A stretch of 63,961 nucleotides of DNA, the filler included, from Phoronis australis (taxonomy: Eukaryota > Animalia > Phoronida), in NCBI GenBank assembly GCA_002633005.1. It is 3 parts of 3 records of this genome, joined end to end, with 100 filler letters (N's around TTAATTAATTAA, not from the genome) between each part and the next. Parts side by side here need not be neighbours in the genome. Positions count along the whole stretch, not along the records: positions 45,674 to 63,961 come from NMRA01000839.1; 2 more parts are not named here. One strand, written 5' to 3'. Of the stretch, positions 59,301-63,961 are shown piece after piece. The notes beneath the pieces are model-generated. The model had not been told where the DNA came from, searched no databases, and saw only the letters and a list, made by a program, of their open reading frames with translations. Made by a program: the position numbers and the translations under genes. How positions within the stretch are numbered: the first letter of the stretch is position 1; every line of letters starts with the position of its first letter.

Positions 59301-62300
59301 TTAAATTGTCTAATATACACAACAGCTTATTATTAAACGACTTATTCTAAGTTTCTTATCAAAATGACATAAGCAAGAAATTGAGTTTCGGGCCTTGAAA
59401 CTAGGGCGGCCTATATTAATATAGATGGCCCCACCCCAAGGCTGCCAAGGAGCGAGGCCCTCCATATTAACATAGGTGGCCCCAGCCTGAAGGCGGCCAA
59501 AGAGGGGGCCCCTATACGAAGGCAAGCGAATTTACATATATACATATACATATACATATACATAATTATATTTATGTTTAATTTATTTATATATTAATAT
59601 AGGTGACCCTGCCAGAAGGCAGCCAAAACTTGGTTCCCGTTCCTTGGCCATTTTTGGGCTGGGCCCTCAATATTAATATAAGGGGCTACTTGTTGAGGCC
59701 TGAAATTCAATTGCCTGCCTATGTTATTTTATGCGTGTACATTGGTTTAAACACTCACCACAGCTTTAATAGGTGGCTCAAAGTACCCTGATGACCAGGG
59801 GTTATAAACTCGTTCTGCAGCACTGAGCCCAGGTGGGTAGTCATCCACTTCCCCAAGGTTGAATGGATCATGCAGGGGCACGTCAACACCATGTTCACCA
59901 GGAAGGCTCTTGTTCAACTTGGCCAGGATGGTATTACGTTGCTGCTGCAGTCCCTTCAGGGCGCTGTCAGGAGTCGTTGGTCTCTGAAAGACGAGTTGGC
60001 TAAGTGTGAATCTTTATGTCAATTTTCATTGAAATCCGTCAATCCATTCTCTCGAAATCATCGGGAAATGCTCTTTCCCACAAAATACTGAAGAGGCTAC
60101 ACCCCCCCCTCCTCCTTGTTCCTAGGAACCGGGAAAATTGAAAAGTTGCATTAACTGCTGTAGCGATGCCCTACACCATTGTGCCAAAATCTGACCAGGG
60201 GTGTTCCAGATATCAAGCAGACGCCTGGACAAAGCGATGACAATATACGGCCACATATGTAGGGGAACAATAATTCATTGTGATTTGATTGGTCAGACTG
60301 ACCCTGACAGACCTGCTGGACATTATTTACACTTTCAAAGTGGCCTGGTCTAGTATCACATAAGCAGGCTTTCAAGAAGTTTTAGACAAAAAAAAGAAAG
60401 AAATAGGACTCATTTTCAAAAAAGTAGGAAAAAGTTGGATAAGTAGGAACGGTTGAAAGCCTGCATAAGGGATAACACATGGAGACAGGCAACATACGCA
60501 CATTATTTTGACTTCCGACTTATACCTTTTATCACATTTTTAAAACATTTCAGCACGATCATTCAAATAATGCAACAAGTTGGAACATACTTTATACTAC
60601 TTTGCCTGAGCCAATAAACCTGAGAAAAATCCGTTTCATACGACACCCCTTCACTTCAAAGTTCTGAATAAATATGGTTACTTCTCAGAAGGTGTCAAGT
60701 TCAATGTTGGTCTTACTGAAGGATTGTTGTTGTGAGCAACATATATGTCAAAGACTCAACTGGACATTCCGATAAGTGATTTAGTTATATTTTTTACTTC
60801 ATGTACAGAACACCTCTGGAACTGAAGGCCACTGCTAAGTCACTTAGCACTCCTTTGTCCAGTTGCATGAAACAGTCCCAAATAGGGACTCAACTAAATT
60901 CCCTAAATCAACTGCGTATTTGTGGGCTAGTGAAAACTCTATTAATTTTGTCCTTTCTCATGATGTTCGAGTCTCATTAAGTCAATTTTAGGTTTTGATA
61001 CAAATCGACAATGAACTCTAAATTGAATTACAAATATTACTGAAAACAAGTAAGGATCTTTTCATGCAATACCTCTAATTTAAGGACTAAGTCCCTAATT
61101 ATTATGACTCAATTAAGGGCCCTATTTTTAGTTACATATTTAATTAGAAAATGTCATTAGTCAACAATAATGACAGAAAAATGTAACGTCTGTGAGTAAA
61201 TAACAAACAAAACAAATACACAAAAGATTACTGTTCATGAAACCGGCCACTGAGGGCTGTTCCAGTAAAATCTGTGTGGGAGGGGGGGACAGCAGCAGAA
61301 ATAAAAATTCATGGGTGGTGGTCTTCAGAAAAAAACTCAATTCATGGGTGGTCGTTCCTGTAAGAAGTGATGCATTAAAAATGGGTGGTATTTTTTACCT
61401 GTTCATGTTGACAGGATGGTCACTTCAGCCGAACACATCTTCAAAGAAATTAAAACTCAAAAAAATGCAATTGGCGTATATCCTAACATAGCCCATATTG
61501 CCAGTGAACAGAGTGCAATATGTTCACTAAGCCATTAATCAAGTCATGGGCAACTTGATTTGAGCCAACTGTTGCTCTGCAATCCCATTGAATTGAAAAG
61601 TTATGCAACACTAAACTGGTGTTAACACATATATAAGAAAATTGATGATTTTTAAATAAAAAGTATGAGGAGTAAGATAAACAAGTTCCAATATTCACTT
61701 GACATAGAAGTATAAAAGAGTTTGTGGAGACAGTTTGAGATTCATAGATCCTCATAATTGAAAAAATGTCCATTGCAATTATAGACACATGGTGAACAGA
61801 GACACCTGGTGGCTGCCAAAAGTACTGCTCACAGGCTACTTTAGTTTTTGACAATATTGGACAAGACAACTAATTCTTGTCTGTCAATCATCTAAGTTCT
61901 TAACAGGTCCTCCTGGAGGCAATTTGTTTGCAAGTGTTAGATTTTATATTTTAACCTATTAAAAATGATTAAAAAATTATGGGTCATGGGTTGGAGAAAT
62001 AAATGAAAAATATGGGCGGTGGGTACGAAATAAAAGTGCCTTCCCCCCCTCCCATACAGATTTTGCTGGAACAGCCCTGAGTGCCAGACACATGACTGTT
62101 ACTGATTTGAAGGTTGAACTAAATTTACAATTCTTGCCTATCTGGCATCATAATGTCAAAGATGCTGCATCATGGTACATACTCTTAGAGAAACAAGAGA
62201 CAAATAGAACTTAATTACCTGAAACATGGACTGTTCCATCTTCCCCTTTGGCGCGTGATGCAGCTGGTATCCCTGGGCAGGGTACATTGGCCTGCCTAAG

Positions 62301-63327
62301 GGGAGAAAAGAGTTAATGCTAAGAGATGTGAGAAGAGTTCAAGTAACAAAGATATAGACACTTAGTCGGTTGATTGATGGGCCAGTCTGATGGTGAGTCA
62401 GGAACCCATATACCTAATTTCATGAAGAACCACCTCTTAACCCTTATCCTGCACTAGGCGAGGTCAGCCGACATGCCAATTATCCTATTAAAATGCTTGG
62501 GTGTACTCAATCGACTATAATAAGTTACAGCTGGGCTGCACTAGGAGAGTGCACTCACCCCAGGACACTTGTGATTTTCATTCAGAAATTGTAAGAGCCC
62601 TGGAATGTTGTTTAGACATGTGACCATGAGCATTCCATACTTCACAACTTCCTCTACTGTTCTCCAATTTAAACCATATGGCTGTGATTACTAGTTTGGG
62701 AGATATTGGCAGGTTTATGTAAGTGTAGACACATAGTTTCATTATATGGCTGGAGCCATATGGGAGAGGATGACAGTGGATCAGTTTACTTTCACCAAGA
62801 CTATAATAAAGACTTATATATGGTGAAATTCTCCATTAAATTCTGCACAAGTTTTGTATTGACTCCTTTTCTGTTAATTTAATATTTCCCCTTCAAATTT
62901 CCAATTTAAAATTGTTAGGTCATTTGTCTAGGTGACCTCCACAACAGCTTAGTGTAAAGCAGTAGTGGTGACTTAGCTCAGCACACAGGGAAAGTAGTCT
63001 GAATAGAGGCTCAGCAGGATAAGGGTTAAGAACTTTATAGATATCCAGTCAGATTGCCTCAAAGTGAAACACAGTAATCGGAACTGTCCAAATATTAACC
63101 GCAGCCGTGCTCTCTTCAATATGATCACAAAAGCCACATTTTCAGAAAGATCCATCAAAGAACTGCCACTAGAAGATGCCATAGTTGATCTGTAGCGCCA
63201 GTTTGACCAACCTTTCCTTGACGAGTACGGCAGTTCGTAAGTCATCATACGTGGCGGTGCGGCGGCCATGTTACGCGCAAACTCTTCACTGTCAGAGATG
63301 GGTGTGTTTGTAGCCTGCGACACGTGA
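53383..63327 (-). CDS. RC3H1: Roquin (RC3H1/RC3H2-like), 3' nine coding exons; gene continues beyond the window
   Basis: Exons 63327-63212, 62295-62219, 59983-59759, 58761-58679, 58012-57886, 56503-56280, 54634-54472, 54350-54278, 53588-53383, all GT-AG and phase-consistent. Motifs LQQQRNTILAKL..YNPWS, VPFDPPIVSKFGPIKR and EREQLKLELNQVNQKI match Roquin C-terminal blocks. RING/ROQ/CCCH domains would lie outside the window. Confidence 0.8.
53890..54180. repeat. ~33-bp minisatellite (TGGTCAAGTCTCAAGCCAACCATAGTGT...)
   Basis: About 8-9 degenerate tandem units in the last Roquin intron. Confidence 0.8.
55693..55822. repeat. 13-bp minisatellite (CACCGAGAGGTCA)x10
   Basis: Ten units, one substitution. 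Confidence 0.97.
57020..57225. repeat. ~52-bp tandem repeat
   Basis: AGAGATAAATGAAAAACCACATGACTCAAG-like unit, about 4 copies. Confidence 0.75.
59361..59730. mobile_element. MITE with TIRs and palindromic CCTATATTAATATAGG subrepeats
   Basis: AAAATGACATAAGCAAGAAATTGAGTTTCGGGCCTT is inverted to GAGGCCTGAAATTCAATTGCCTGCCTATGTTATTTT. Same family as 8487-8690. Confidence 0.65.
60365..60463. mobile_element. Tiny MITE (CAGGCTTTCAA...TTGAAAGCCTG)
   Basis: 11-bp perfect TIR with CATAAG on both flanks. Confidence 0.55.
61254..62077. mobile_element. PIF/Harbinger-type MITE
   Basis: TIR GGGCTGTTCCAGTAAAATCTGTGTGGGAGGGGGGG / CCCCCCCTCCCATACAGATTTTGCTGGAACAGCCC. 3-bp TSD TGA at 61251-61253 and 62078-62080. 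Confidence 0.85.
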
Positions 63328-63961
63328 CTAGAACAGAAAGACAAGAGTTAGTCAATCTAACTTCCTCACAGCTCACTTATAACCATTTCCATGTCTTTAG
63401 GAACCCTTGTTAAGAAAACAAATTGTGTAAAAATATGGTTAACAGAGGACTGCAGTGTTAAACTAGAAAGATTATTGTCACGGCGTGACAATAACGGACT
63501 CTGCGCATGCGTATTACTGGAATTATTATGGGAAGTTACTGACAGCAACCCGTTTACCAATATGAAAAGGAATTCCTTAAAATTGTAGGAGAAATTACAT
63601 ATTAATTTTTTGATGACCTTTCCACTAATTGACCTCTTCCGGTGCATTATGAGCCTCGATGAGGGAGTAATTGTTAACTCTATTAAAAGTGTGGTTAATG
63701 CTAATGATCACAGATGTTTTACTTTAAGCACTTCAGAATACAAGATGAATGAAGTGGTCAAACTTTCAGAAGAAAAATGCACCTAATGACCCCATGGGTG
63801 CACCAAATGACCTGAAAATTTAGAATTCAAACTCAATCACACTTAGTAAACAGCTACGTAATTCTGAAGTCTCTAGCTCAAAATTTTAGTTTGCACTCAA
63901 TGACCTTTGACCTATTTTTTCTGATTGGTTAGGCCTATTGCGAAGTAAAGTAGGGTATTCA

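Overview
AT-rich, intron- and repeat-rich animal genomic DNA; the gene models and repeat landscape suggest an invertebrate deuterostome, but the species cannot be fixed from sequence alone. Two artificial 100-nt linkers (N44-TTAATTAATTAA-N44 at 21537-21636 and 45574-45673) split it into three probably unlinked scaffolds. Segment 1 (1-21536) holds a kringle-domain exon on the minus strand and many transposon relics: a triple-nested LINE/Helitron-like/TIR insertion, an internally deleted RTE with TSD, a Penelope fragment with hammerhead-like repeats, and MITEs. Segment 2 holds a complete GAPDH gene (minus, 9 coding exons, 333 aa) head-to-head with a complete GPR157-like GPCR (plus, 345 aa). An internally deleted Kolobok transposon (THAP transposase plus a P2X7-ballast-like second ORF) lies in the GPR157 intron between coding exons 2 and 3. 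Segment 3 holds the 3' parts of TADA1 (plus) and Roquin/RC3H (minus), tail-to-tail. Best leads: (i) the GAPDH stop is followed in frame by TSSAEMPGPKL-stop, a candidate cryptic PTS1 reachable by stop-codon readthrough; (ii) a candidate mutually exclusive 17-nt microexon / 224-nt exon pair in Roquin; (iii) a duplicated decoy splice acceptor in TADA1. All gene models were built by hand from GT-AG boundaries, phase consistency and remembered family motifs; no database search was run.
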